From contig NC_092670.1 of the NCBI RefSeq assembly GCF_964355755.1, positions 5,136,201 through 5,200,200 on the forward strand: a stretch of 64,000 nt of DNA, in the 5' to 3' direction. The notes under the pieces are model-generated. The model saw only the letters and a list, made by a program, of their open reading frames with translations. It ran no database searches and was not told the origin of the DNA. Made by a program: the position numbers and the translations under genes. How positions within the stretch are numbered: position 1 is the stretch's first letter; the number at the start of each line of letters is the position of its first letter. This DNA comes from Antedon mediterranea. Taxonomy: Eukaryota; Animalia; Echinodermata. Below, in pieces: positions 52,063 through 64,000 of this stretch.

Positions 52063-52180
52063 AAACAAGGCCATATACATGGCTGCCGTCGCGTGCTCAA
52101 ATTTAAGTTAGTGTTTACCGACTGACCAACCGACCGACCAACATAGTGAGCTGTAGAGCCACGTTGCACGCGACTAAAAA
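52063..52180 (-). mobile_element. HINE-like element, copy 5
   Basis: Reverse complement of the 3216/7257 element: aacaaggccatatacatggc...gtcgcgtgctc...ccgaccgacc...gcacgcgactaaaaa. Confidence 0.78.
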
Positions 52181-53059
52181 TAGTAGAAAATATGTTTGTT
52201 GAATATGCCATTTTATTTTCACAAAATAGATGTTCGACAAAAAATTATTTAATTGAAAAAACTGTACTTTAAAGCAAAACAATAGGCATTATTTTTTCGG
52301 GATTTTTTTTCTAGATAGTGTAAGTGATTAACTTAACTACAAAATGGTCTGTCTGTCTGCCTGATTGTATTAATCTGTATTTTTCATGTTTTTGGAGGAC
52401 AATACATTTTTAAGATAAAAAACGAATTTTGTAAACATGGAAGCATTGCTTAGGGTGTTTTGAAGGCAAATCGCACGAATCGAAAGCGTCGGGATCTCTA
52501 AGTATATATTTAGATGGCATGGTAGTAACGATGTAAAGTCATTCGTTACTCAGTAATTATCGATTAATACATATTTCATGTTTCCAAATTAAAAATATTT
52601 TGCTTTTTCCTAGTGTTCTGCAACGAAGCCCAAATTTTAATGCCCCTCGCTAAAAACGGTAAATTGTCAACGTTGAAATAAGATCACATCTATAAATATT
52701 CTGAAATATTTCAATAATAGATTCAAAAGATTAAGATGTAAATGCAACAAAAAATGTAAAATTCAAAACAATATTTATTTATATGCAATCGTGTTTCTAA
52801 CTTGTATAATTCAGTACCCAAAGGTATGTATATTTAATGCTACTAAAATACTGAAATATTAAAAAGCAAGTAATATAATTGTGGGTTATATTACAAAGTC
52901 CAATATATAGGTTAGTCTTAAATTCCATGGCAATTCTTATTTTCAGTTTTATATAACGACACACTTTTGATAGAAACGTATTCGTCATAAACAAGTTTGT
53001 ATTGAAATAAAGTTATCAGGTTGGGTTATTCTCATAAAATGGAAGGAACAAATACTAAA

Positions 53060-53380
53060 GGAATTTTATCCAGGTATTATGAAGTTTATACAGGTATTTT
53101 TACATTTAATCCAGCTGTGTATGAATTTCATCCAGGTATGTATGAATCCCATCCAAGTCTGTATACATTTCATCCAGGTCTTATAAATTTCATCCAGGTC
53201 TGTATACATTTCATCCAGGTCTGTTTAAATTTCATCTAGGTATGTATGTATTCTATCCAGGTACGTATTCTATCCAGGTACGTATTCTATTCAGGTATGT
53301 ATGGATTTTATCCAGGTATGTATGGATTTTATCCAGGTATGTATGGCTTTTATCCAGGTATGCATGAATTCCATCCAGGT
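53060..53380. repeat. About 20-bp minisatellite, about 15 copies
   Basis: The unit resembles atccaggt(a/c)tgtat(g/a)(a/c)attt(c/t). Confidence 0.88.
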
Positions 53381-54914
53381 AAGTGTAAATGTTATGTAGG
53401 GCATTGTCTACATAGCTACTAGACATTGTTATACTCTAGGTTGTTACAGCAATGCAGTCAACACATATTTTTATGCTTTGAACAACTTTATGATCTTTAT
53501 GGCACTATTAAATTATGACAAATAAAATAAGTTTAAATTATTAAATGTTTAAAAAAAAACTATCTCAAAATTCATCTTTATAATATTATACATTTTGTTA
53601 TTATATGCGATATTTAGAAACACAAAAATGGTATAAAAAGTTATTTCTTAATAAATTACATGTCAAATAAAAAAAATATCTGATCTTACAACATGACAAC
53701 ATTCCTTTTTTTTATGAGCTCTAAGTATGCAGCAAGGTCTATAATACATTAATTAATGCACTGGAGGGCTACTATGCAATCTGAAAAGATTGTTAGAATC
53801 ATTTTCTGAGTTAAAAAAAAAAAGTATTGCCTTAATAACCATACTACACAAATTACTTCTTAATATGATTGTGTATATCGGCTGATAATGTGTTACACAC
53901 AACAATTTAAATTGACTGAATCTTTATAACTCCTAATATTTTAAACGAGTAGCTATAGCAACTAAATTATTATGCTACATTAATAATTATTTAACACATA
54001 AAAAAAACAGATAAAATATTATAAGACAAGCCACTTTAAGATGGTGTTTATGAAATAAAACAAATGTTTGTTATATGGAACATATTAATTAATCAATATG
54101 GAATAAAGCAAATTATGATAAGTTTCTAATATCTCTTTATACGTCAAAACATGATCAGTCATTTTTTAAAAGCACAGAAGCAAATGGATTACACATTTCT
54201 AGATTGTATTGTAGCGTACACCAATACAAAATAAAATTTTAAATGAGGGTCATATATACATATGTTCCAAATTCGGTCCTCTTAAAACCTTGTTACAATA
54301 TTATAGATAGTTATATGTAGGCCTACAGATGTAAAATGCACATACTTTTGCACTACAAAACAAGTACTTAATTATTCATTTTTTAGTAAGAAAATCTCAT
54401 ATCCTATCTACAGTTTAGTTCATCCAAAATGACCACTATCAGCACAAGAACATTTTGATAATCACAATTGTGTGTATTATTTTAGGATTCCTAAAAGAGA
54501 CAGTATGTATATAGAAATTAGGGTCAGTTGATGATCTTAATATTGTAATATAAATCTTGTCCTGTATAGTTTATCATTGCGTTGCAACCGAGATACAATA
54601 CCTCCATAGACTTACCAAAAAATTGTAATTTGAACAAGACAAATTGTTCAAATCACAATAATATGTTTTCTCCAAAAAAAAAGGAAATGGAGAACAATGT
54701 TATGAATCTATCAGTATTTGAGATTTTTTTTTATGATTTAAAGTAACTGCTGATCAATCAATTCCCACCAAATATTCTCAGTCTTGTTTTTGTAATTTGC
54801 GTGGGCTCTCAGGCAGAGTGTTATTCATTTTTGTTATAGATATAAACTGTAAATAAATTGTTTTCCTTTTTAAAATCTTGTATCGTCACATGGTCAAATT
54901 GGATAACTCCCCTG

Positions 54915-55081
54915 TCATGATTTTGCTATGATGCCGTTGTTGCGAGTGTTGTCCAATCCTAAGCTACCGATTGGCGAATGCATCGCGCTGCTTCCGGCGT
55001 CAATTGCTTGGCTTTGTAGTCGAACCTCAAACACCTCTTCTATTGCTTTCTTGAAGCACAGGAAGTTGTAATCAATAATAC
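54915..55081 (-). CDS. RRAGC: RagC/RagD terminal coding exon
   Basis: Acceptor ctattacag|gt, in phase with the upstream exon (G|GT = Gly). Translates to GIIDYNFLCFKKAIEEVFEVRLQSQAIDAGSSAMHSPIGSLGLDNTRNNGIIAKS*, with TGA at 54917-54915. Matches RagC/D GLIDYNFxCFRKAIxEVFEV. The intron is 55082-63101 (about 8.0 kb); upstream exons lie beyond the window. Confidence 0.93.
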
Positions 55082-57096
55082 CTGTAATAGATCATGGAGA
55101 GTTCGTTTGGTTTATTGACAATTGGCAAATGTTGTTGATATTTAGACACGTACAACATGCATAGAACACACAAAATCCATGAATGACAGATATTCCATCA
55201 AACTGAGTCAGTGTTAACACTTTGTCAAAAGAAAGTCCTTGGACACCAGTTTATCTAGAACGATTTTTAGAGGGAGGGGGGGGGGGGCGAGTCACCTGGA
55301 AGCCATCTGCTGAACCAGTACAATATGCCACTTCATATTCATATAATAGCTTCTAGTATCATAATTATTAATTATGAACAACGGTTGTATAAGAAATGTG
55401 AAATAAAGAATAAGTACATTATGGAGAAATTGTAGTTTAGTTTAGCACATGCCTTTTATCAAGCACACGCATGTATTTGAAGAAACTAATAGGCCTAGAT
55501 AATTTCTCTTTTCTCTTTCTTTTTCCCTATTTCTTCTCTGTTCCTAGGCCCTGTAGACTAAAATCGATTTCTGTTGATGTAGGGTAATACACAATGACAA
55601 AACAAATGATAAGATAAAGACTGTCAATGTCTTAATTACTGAATTTAGGTATTGCTAAAAATATAACAAAAGACATACTGTAATCATTTGTACATTTTTG
55701 TTATTGCCATTTACAATACATTTTGTTATACTTTTCATTAAACACAATAAAGGATTATCTCTTTTGTGTTCAAGTTGCATCATGAGAAGAATTGCAAGGT
55801 GCGGGTGGATTATGTATAAAATTATAGTGTAGTTTTTTGTGTGTTAGCAATATCATGAAGATACTTCTTTGAGATATCAAGTTCAAGTAAAAAAACGTGT
55901 CATGTTTCTGTTTTGAAATAGTGCATATTTACAAATGACCCTGGAAATATTACCCAAGGGAATAATTATTACTCCCCCTAATTAGTAGCAAAGATTGACA
56001 ATAAGCAATTACTAATACTTTGCATAAAATGCAAGATTTTACTGATGTAGAAGGGTTGGAAACCGCCTAATGGATTGAAATGATACTTTAGGCACATCCA
56101 GTTTAATAGTTGGGAAGCGACAATAATTATTTTCATGTTCAGTTTATTAGGAATAAGGAAGGCCAATGCAGGCTGACCTGCTCCCTTGGTGAACTATAAT
56201 GTTTTTTATCCTAAAGCGAGCGGTAACAGTAAGCAAAAAAACAGTGTGTTTGTCCCACTTGTTGTAGAATCTGGATCTATTCTGAGCGCTCAACCGTCCG
56301 CGTTTTGTGTCATAAAAATTAACATTTACTTTTCTGCATATTACCATTACCGCTACTTAATTTGGCCTTTACGACAAACTGAATGTCTATTAGAACGCTT
56401 CTCAAGACCTCCCACAGACTATGCAGTGTACAGTTGGTGCCTGCAATAATTGATTTTACACCTACAGTACAAAGAGTAAACACCATTAATTTGCCTAGGT
56501 CGTCTTAGAACAACGCTTTGTAATAACTTGTTTTCTTCCAATTTTGTAAAATTCAACTATTCATGAATTTAAATTGTATTATTTTTATTGTTGTTTATTT
56601 TTTTAAATATTTGCTGGTAATTTTTTAGGTTTTTAGAATGAGATAATGTACAACCGGCTTTGACACCACTTAGAATTATTTGTATGATGAATAACAAATT
56701 GGGCCAGAATAATAATTAACAAAAAAGGATTTTTTTTCTAATAGAAGCTATGAAGTATATGAAGAGTATTGTGTAATGTGTATATCCACAAAAATAAGAA
56801 AACCGCAAAACGACAAAATTAAAGAAAGAAACAGAAGATGAAGCAGGAAACATAAATAACAGACCAAAGGAGTCACAGGATGGCAACCAAGAACAGGAAG
56901 AAGACGATGAAGAAAAATGGATGGAGAAATTAAATGAAATCACAAATGATACATCCACTGCCAGTGGATGACATAACCTATTATGAAACAAAAACAAAAC
57001 ATAATTGACTGTTCCCTAGGTCACGACAGACTTTCCAAATAGTTTTGAAATATTTTGTACATGGACAGAGAAATTGGCAGAAGTAATACCACCTTA

Positions 57097-57210
57097 AGCT
57101 TTGTCTACACTATCAAACTGGCCAATTGGTAATGATATGACGTCATCATGTCGATTATGGGCACATCACATTACTTTTGTCCCATAAAGTTTAATAGTGT
57201 AGACAGAGCT
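57097..57210 (-). mobile_element. AGCTCTGTCTACAC MITE family, internally deleted copy in the Rag intron
   Basis: TIR agctttgtctacactatcaaact / agtttaatagtgtagacagagct, with TTA on both sides (57094-96, 57211-13). Confidence 0.88.
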
Positions 57211-58339
57211 TTAAAATACAATTTCTTAGTATCCTGTGCACGTAAGCATTTATAAATATAGGTTAAAAAAGAAACTACATTAATGTAAGTGTTTCAAATG
57301 TGAAAGTTCAGAAAAAAAAAACCCATGAATCCATCAGTGTAATAATAATAGCACAGAGGAGGCATTGCCATTGCACACCTTGAATGATTGAATCAATATT
57401 GAAAACAAAAGTTGAGATCTGTCAAAATTATATGGAAGTCAAGAAACGAGAAAAATATAACTCAAGCCCACTCAATTTTATAGAGACAGTAAGGCATACA
57501 TTTTTTATTCAATGTATTTACTTTTTGTAGGACATAATTCATTCAGCATTATGACGTACATAGTAAATTGTTATATACCATAGAATAACTGTTAGTACAA
57601 TTGCTTCTGCTGTTCATGATAATATGCAGTAAATGTCAGGGGTTAGCAATATGTTTTCCCCCCGATTAAACTTAGGTTAGGTTAAAATAGGTTATGAGGC
57701 AGTAATATACAAAATTATATAATAACTCATTATATGATGAAGCCACTAAGACTGAGTAGAGAGAAATCTTGAATAAGAAATTTAGCACACATATGCTGTA
57801 ATAAAAAATCTTTAAAAAATTATTTAATACAAAAGAATTTTTCAATTTAACTCAAAGAATTGAGAAGAAGAAGAACAATGAGGCGCCTTTGTGCAAAATA
57901 CTTAACTAAAAAAAAGTATGATCAAAAAAACAAATGCATTTCTTGTTCCCGTACCTAATGGCTGATTAAATATAAAATAATGTTTGATGCGGTGCTTTTT
58001 TGACTGCAGCACTAATAGACTACAGCACTTATTCAATCATTGAAGACTTTGTGTGCAATACACTTGATTCTTTGACCTTTAATATCCAACTTATAATTAA
58101 GATTTGGAGTATGAATTGGAAAAATACCATATGATCCTTAGGAGTAGATTTAACCTTTGACCACTAATAGGTAATAAAGCTGAGCAAGATACCTCTCCAG
58201 AGAAATGAGAAATTAATAAGTGTTCTAGAGAAGGTAAATAACATACAATGATTTCATATTAGAGAGTACATGGGATTGGTAGTCATTTTAACAACAAAGC
58301 CTTAGCTTTAAGCCAAACTTAAAGCTAAGCCGCCTTTAA

Positions 58340-58678
58340 AGATGTATTGTTCCCAAAAAACATGAAAAATGAAGATTAATTAAATCAGACTTTGAATAGG
58401 TTATTTTGTACTTTTACTAAAGTTAATCACTTCTATAGAAAAAAAAACGAAAAAAAATTAATGTTTTCCTTATAAAATAACATGATAAATGGTTAAATTC
58501 AATCCAAAATCCATTGGCTGGCAGCTAATTTGACCATTTTTTGATTTAAATTCCAGGTAATTAATTTTTTTTTTCAATCCAATTTTTGGTCGAAGTCAAT
58601 AACTATTATGTGACATTAACATGGCATATTCAACAATAAAAATTGTAAAAAATTATTTTTCAGGGGGACAATACATCT
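58340..58678. mobile_element. TTAA-flanked non-autonomous DNA transposon (Kolobok-like)
   Basis: TIR AGATGTATTGT(T/C)CCC at both ends, TTAA target duplication at 58336-39 and 58679-82. AG...CT termini fit Kolobok better than piggyBac (CC...GG). Confidence 0.8.
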
Positions 58679-60135
58679 TTAAGTTTAGGTAGTAAACATT
58701 TTTAGGAGAAAACATGTTTTTGTTTTTCTCCTTTTACTCTTTATTTAAAATCTAAATTATCAGTCAGTTGGATTATACATCTAAACAAGAATCTCATTAA
58801 TTATTCATCATAAATTTGATAATAGATTTTATTAATTTATGACAGATTAATGCAAGAAATTTTCAAAGAGCACTTTTTAAAGACGTTATGGTTGATGAAA
58901 CATATGTAACAAAAATTCCTTCAGAAAATAAATTAGTATGAAACATTACTAATTACACATAGAAATTTGTCATCATTGAACAGTTTCAAGCCACTTGAAA
59001 CTAACTTGTTCCAATTTTCTTTTTGACAGCGCTATGAGCAATGATCGTTAGAATGGCGCTATAACAATTGGACAAGTAGTTGATTGAATACATTTTTGTT
59101 ATCCTTTTTTACATAATCTCAATGACTTCAGTCTAAAGTATATTGCAGTCATCATCATTAAATGCTCTCTCACTACCTCAAAAGTTTTTGGTCATTAACA
59201 GTTTTTTTTATTGGTCTAAATATTTTACTACATGTATGTTTCTGATATAATTTCTACTAAGTAAATATATTGTTGTGCTTGCACACCATCATTACAACAA
59301 TTAAATACATCAATAACAATGCAAGTTACTTTGCAAAAATACAGAGTAGCGTGTTAAAGAGAAGAGACATGTTAAAATGCCACGCCAGATGATTACCATT
59401 AGGTAATAAAAATAAAAGCGCATTTCTAAATCCTGCTTTGGCATCCAGATAATGATTGTAATTAATGGGCTGCAAGCAATACAAGGGAGTTTATATTTTT
59501 GAATGTGCTGTTTTAGAAGCAATGTTGATTGCCGCAAAGTATTTTACGGTTAATGCTATTAAGGTGTGACCAAGAATAAACTACCATAAACCATGTGAAA
59601 TCTCCCCGACACTGATCGTTTGAAAGAAATCGCTTGTAATGATGCATCAAAATCTGGAGTCATTTGACTGAACATTAAGAACAGATACTTGAGTGTGTAA
59701 TGACGCAAATCAACATAATATAATTGTTAAGTATAAAGTATTGTACTTCCATATGAGATGGCCTGTTTTGATTTGAACTCTTTGTTTTAAACCATAATAC
59801 CACAGATTGACAAATTACCTTTAAAAAAATAGTTACATTATCATTAAGATATAACTTGAAAAGAGTAGACATACAATAACTGTAATATGTTTGGTTTGAC
59901 AATTTGTATAGTACAAATGTCTACTAAATGTAGAAGTAACTAGATAAATGAATACACTTGGAATTAACTAAAGCGCCATAATGGTATCATTTAATCTTTG
60001 TTTCTGCCATGTTGTCTGGTGCTTAATACAATTTGAAATTGTATAATTGCTAGACTAATAGAAAAAACATACTATATTAACAGATAATAGAAAATCTAAA
60101 GTAGTAAAACAAACAGAAACAAATAACCAAAATTG

Positions 60136-61843
60136 GCAATAGAAACAGACAACATAAATACTGTAGCAACAGAAACAGACAACATAAATACTGTAGCAAC
60201 AGAAACAAACAACATAAATACTGTAGCAATAGAAACAGACAACATAAATATTGTAGCAATAGAAACAGACAACATAAATACTGTAGCAATAGAAACAGAC
60301 AACATAAATACTGTAGCAACAGAAACAGACAACATAAATACTGTAGCAACAGAAACAGACAACATAAATACTGTAGCAATAGAAACAGACAACATAAATA
60401 CTGTAGCAATAGAAACAGACAACATAAATACTGTAGCAACAGAAACAGACAACATAAATACTGTAGCAATAGAAACAGACAACATAAATACTGTAGCAAC
60501 AGAAACAGACAACATAAATACTGTAGCAACAGAAACAAACAACATAAATACTGTAGCAATAGAAACAGACAACATAAATATTGTAGCAACAGAAACAGAC
60601 AACATAAATACTGTAGCAACAGAAACAGACAACATAAATACTGTAGCAATAGAAACAGACAACATAAATACTGTAGCAACAGAAACAGACAACATAAATA
60701 CTGTAGCAATAGAAACAGACAACATAAATACTGTAGCAACAGAAACAGACAACATAAATACTGTAGCAATAGAAACAGACAACATAAATACTGTAGCAAC
60801 AGAAACAGACAACTAAAATACTGTAGCAATAGAAACCGACAACATAAATACTGTAGCAACAGAAACAGACAACATACATACTGTAGCAACAGAAACAGAC
60901 AACATAAATACTGTAGCAATAGAAACAGACAACATAAATACTGTAGCAATAGAAACAGACAACATAAATACAGTAGCAATAGAAACAGCCAACATAAATA
61001 CTGTAGCAACAGAAACTGGCAACATAAATACTGTAGCAACAGAAACAGACAACATAAATACTGTAGCAACAGAAACAAACAACATAAATACTGTAGCAAT
61101 AGAAACAGACAACATAAATATTGTAGCAACAGAAACAGACAACATAAATACTGTAGCAATAGAAACAGACAACATAAATACTGTAGCAATAGAAACAGAC
61201 AACATAAATACTGTAGCAACAGAAACAGACAACATAAATACTGTAGCAATAGAAACAGACAACATAAATACTGTAGCAACAGAAACAGACAACATAAATA
61301 CTATAGCAATAGAAACAGACAACATAAATACTGTAGCAACAGAAACAGACAACATAAATACTGTAGCAATAGAAACAGACAACATAAATACTGTAGCAAC
61401 AGAAACAGACAACATAAATACTGTAGCAACAGAAACAGACAACATAAATACTGTAGCAATAGAAACAGACAACATAAATACTGTAGCAATAGAAACAGAC
61501 AACATAAATACAGTAGCAATAGAAACAGCCAACATAAATACTGTAGCAACAGAAACTGGCAACATAAATACTGTAGCAACAGAAACAGACAACATAAATA
61601 CTGTAGCAACAGAAACAGACAACATAAATACTGTAGCAACAGAAACAGACAACATAAATACTAAAGCAATAGAAACAGACAACATAAATACTGTAGCAAC
61701 AGAAACAGACAACATAAATACTGTAGCAATAGAAACAGACAACATAAATACTGTAGCAATAGAAACAGACAACATAAATAATGTAGCAATAGAAACAGAC
61801 AACATAAATACTGTAGCAATAGAAACAGCCAACATAAATACTG
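60136..61843. repeat. 30-bp minisatellite, about 57 highly homogeneous copies, in the Rag intron
   Basis: The unit is gcaa(t/c)agaaacagacaacataaatactgta. Confidence 0.98.
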
Positions 61844-61949
61844 GGGACAATCTTTTCTATTCAAATTTATTTTCTGTTGAGCACAAAGATTTTATAAATT
61901 ACCATTTGAAAACAAAAAGTAATGATAGAGTGGAGTTGTGGCTTTAGAG

Positions 61950-62207
61950 TGGAGTTGTGGCTTGGTGGTTATGATGCTTGGCTACAACTCCAAGGGTCCT
62001 GGGTTCAAGTCCCGTCACATGTCAGGATTTTTTTCAAAGGACTAAATTACAACTCTACTCCCAAAGACTTGTAATAAAACTTTGTTTATGTATTGCATCT
62101 TGTATATAATGTTTGTCTTGTGAACCTCTGAGGGTTCCTAATGATCAGCAATAGCTGGATGGATCACCCTCATTATATATGGTTTAAAAAAAAAAAAAAA
62201 AAAAAAA
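61950..62207 (+). mobile_element. tRNA-derived SINE (second family) with poly(A) tail
   Basis: A box TGGCTTGGTGG, B box GGTTCAAGTCC and a poly(A) tail of about 20 nt. The body is shared with 31731 and the tail with 36464. A 19-bp tandem duplication (tagagtggagttgtggctt) lies at its 5' end. Confidence 0.78.
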
Positions 62208-63101
62208 TTTCAAAATACGGATTTAATGTTGACCATGGAAGTTTTCAATCGAATATGCCAATTGTGTGGTCAAAATATTACTTCATTTTCCTCCAAAAAA
62301 CAAGTTAGCAATACAATTGCACCACAATAACTGATCTGTAAATGACATTCAAATACAATATTCAATTCAATTTTTTAGCTTCAAGAAAACGAAGGAAGGC
62401 GATTCACATACTATTTATATCTATGCAACACAAACAAATATGCAATACAAACAAACGCTGTTAAATGTCATGTGATCTTCTAGGTATAAATGACAGTAGT
62501 TTAATTGAAACCAATTAATGTTCGTATAGAAGGTTTGTTTTGTAAATTACCTAGAAAATTGAAATTACTAACATCACAGATTAAATTCTGGAGTAATTAA
62601 TATTCTTAGATGTAAAATCATATCATACTGCTAATAATCAGTTCCTACTGTGAGAGAAAGCATGGCTAAAATCTACCGTATAGTCTTAAGTTTTGATCCA
62701 GTCTGCAAGTTTATAGCCCAATGGCTTATGGTTGTACACAAATTTAATTGCTTAATGTACTTTGGCCTTAGATAATAAAACTAATATTGATATTGAAAAT
62801 TAACAGCAAAAGGGGCATCAAGTACATAATTCAAAAATACTCAATTTAATTGAGAAAGTCACAAATATCAAAGGGTTTGTTCACACTGTACAAATCCACA
62901 TGAGCTACAGTAGTGTATGCTTATGAAAAAAAAGCTAATGATTGACGAGATAACATAACCTTTATTAGGGGAGATACGCTAGATCGACATACACTGTTTT
63001 AGGAGTCACTTAAAAAGGGTAGGCGAGTGTAGTGAAAGGTTGATAGAGGGGATTTATGACAGGGAGCACAATTGTACCAAAAAAAATCCAAACAACTATA
63101 C

Positions 63102-63250
63102 CTTGTCTATCAAAGTTTCCTTCTCTCAATATACAAACAAGAGCCAGGAACTTGTTGACCTCTTTCAAGTATAAGATGGTGGCATTGTTTAGCTTAATAA
63201 TTGAGCTCGATTCAGCATCATAAGCTTGGTTTTCACTATCCTCTTTTACA
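63102..63250 (-). CDS. RRAGC: Ras-related GTP-binding protein C/D (RagC/RagD), penultimate coding exon
   Basis: The minus strand reads tttcttgcag|exon|gtatag. The 149 nt translate to [49 protein letters not shown](G), which matches the RagC/D C-terminal roadblock region (human RagC recalled as ...[42 protein letters not shown]). RagC and RagD cannot be distinguished here. Confidence 0.93.
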
Positions 63251-64000
63251 CTGCAAGAAATAAAGCAAAATAGAGGTTGAATTCATACATTATTTTCAAC
63301 CTTCAAAACAGAGAGAGTGTACATGAAAAAACAAATAGATAATAAGTTTTTGAATCAATAAAATAAATCATTACAGAGACACTGGCATTTTATGTTTTAT
63401 TTTGTTACTATAAAAAAACTGTAATGAAATTCTCATTCTCTACTAAACAATGTATTTATTCATAAATATATACAGTAGTATTTAATTAAACATTCTCAAA
63501 GTTTGACCAAATAATTTGTTAAATACATTTATTCACACTTTTTGGTTCTTATTAATCTTGAAAAAACCTACTACCTCTACGGCTGCTCATTAATAATAGC
63601 TTAATGTTATCTTCATGTCTATTTAATAAATCTTATATTATTAATGTGTAAATTGTAAATCTAGTTAAACAAAATGTATTTATTGTGTATGACCAAACAC
63701 CGACTCCATACACATGCGTTATTTGAACTACCATGGGTTATAATGTATTTGCAATGTATGATAAATTGTCAGAAAGAGAAAATTGCTTCCGTATACAAAT
63801 AAATATGGCAGGTGTATTATGTTAAGGTAGATCCGGAAACTACATACATCACGTATACATGATTTATACTTGTGAAAAAATTATTAGAATTTAAGAAGAT
63901 AATAATCAATACACAGTACTATTCATCAATCTGAGCATGATATATTAAGGTTTATGTAATGTAATGAAAAAAATATCAAGATTGGTCTATTATTCTAAAG

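Noticed and set aside
56147-56347. VHQGS resembling the RT motif VPQGS
   Set aside because: It is a single short match without neighbouring RT motifs.
60136-61843. CRISPR-like regular repeat array
   Set aside because: The units are directly adjacent with no unique spacers, there are no cas genes, and the context is eukaryotic.
60055-61864. Long ORFs (227-400 aa) on both strands
   Set aside because: They are translations of a 30-bp tandem repeat inside the Rag intron. They are open in several frames, with no unique domain or splice support.
61950-62020. tRNA gene
   Set aside because: The tRNA-like head lacks a paired acceptor stem and is followed by a SINE body and poly(A).

Overview
AT-rich eukaryotic genomic DNA from a metazoan, not prokaryotic. 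Deu-domain SINEs and the gene content suggest a marine invertebrate, plausibly an echinoderm; that taxonomic call is inference. Two protein-coding genes are supported, arranged tail to tail. One is a single-coding-exon class A GPCR of the bombesin/CCHamide/endothelin receptor group (29753-30772, +). The other is the last two coding exons of a RagC/D GTPase gene (63102-63250 and 54915-55081, -), which the ORF track misses. The rest is intergenic or intronic DNA dense in non-autonomous mobile elements: several PIF/Harbinger-type MITE families with TTA/TAA target duplications, a TTAA-flanked Kolobok-like element, five Helentron/DINE-1-like HINEs, tRNA-derived SINEs with swapped tails, a probable solo LTR, decayed LINE reverse-transcriptase fragments and several minisatellites. 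I found no convincing new multi-gene system. The most unusual signals are SINE tail shuffling, an RTE remnant with an inverted 5' part, a strong excess of the 8-mer TAGGCCTA, a cluster of CTCF-like motifs, and higher-order structure in a 30-bp minisatellite. All motif matches and counts were made by eye.
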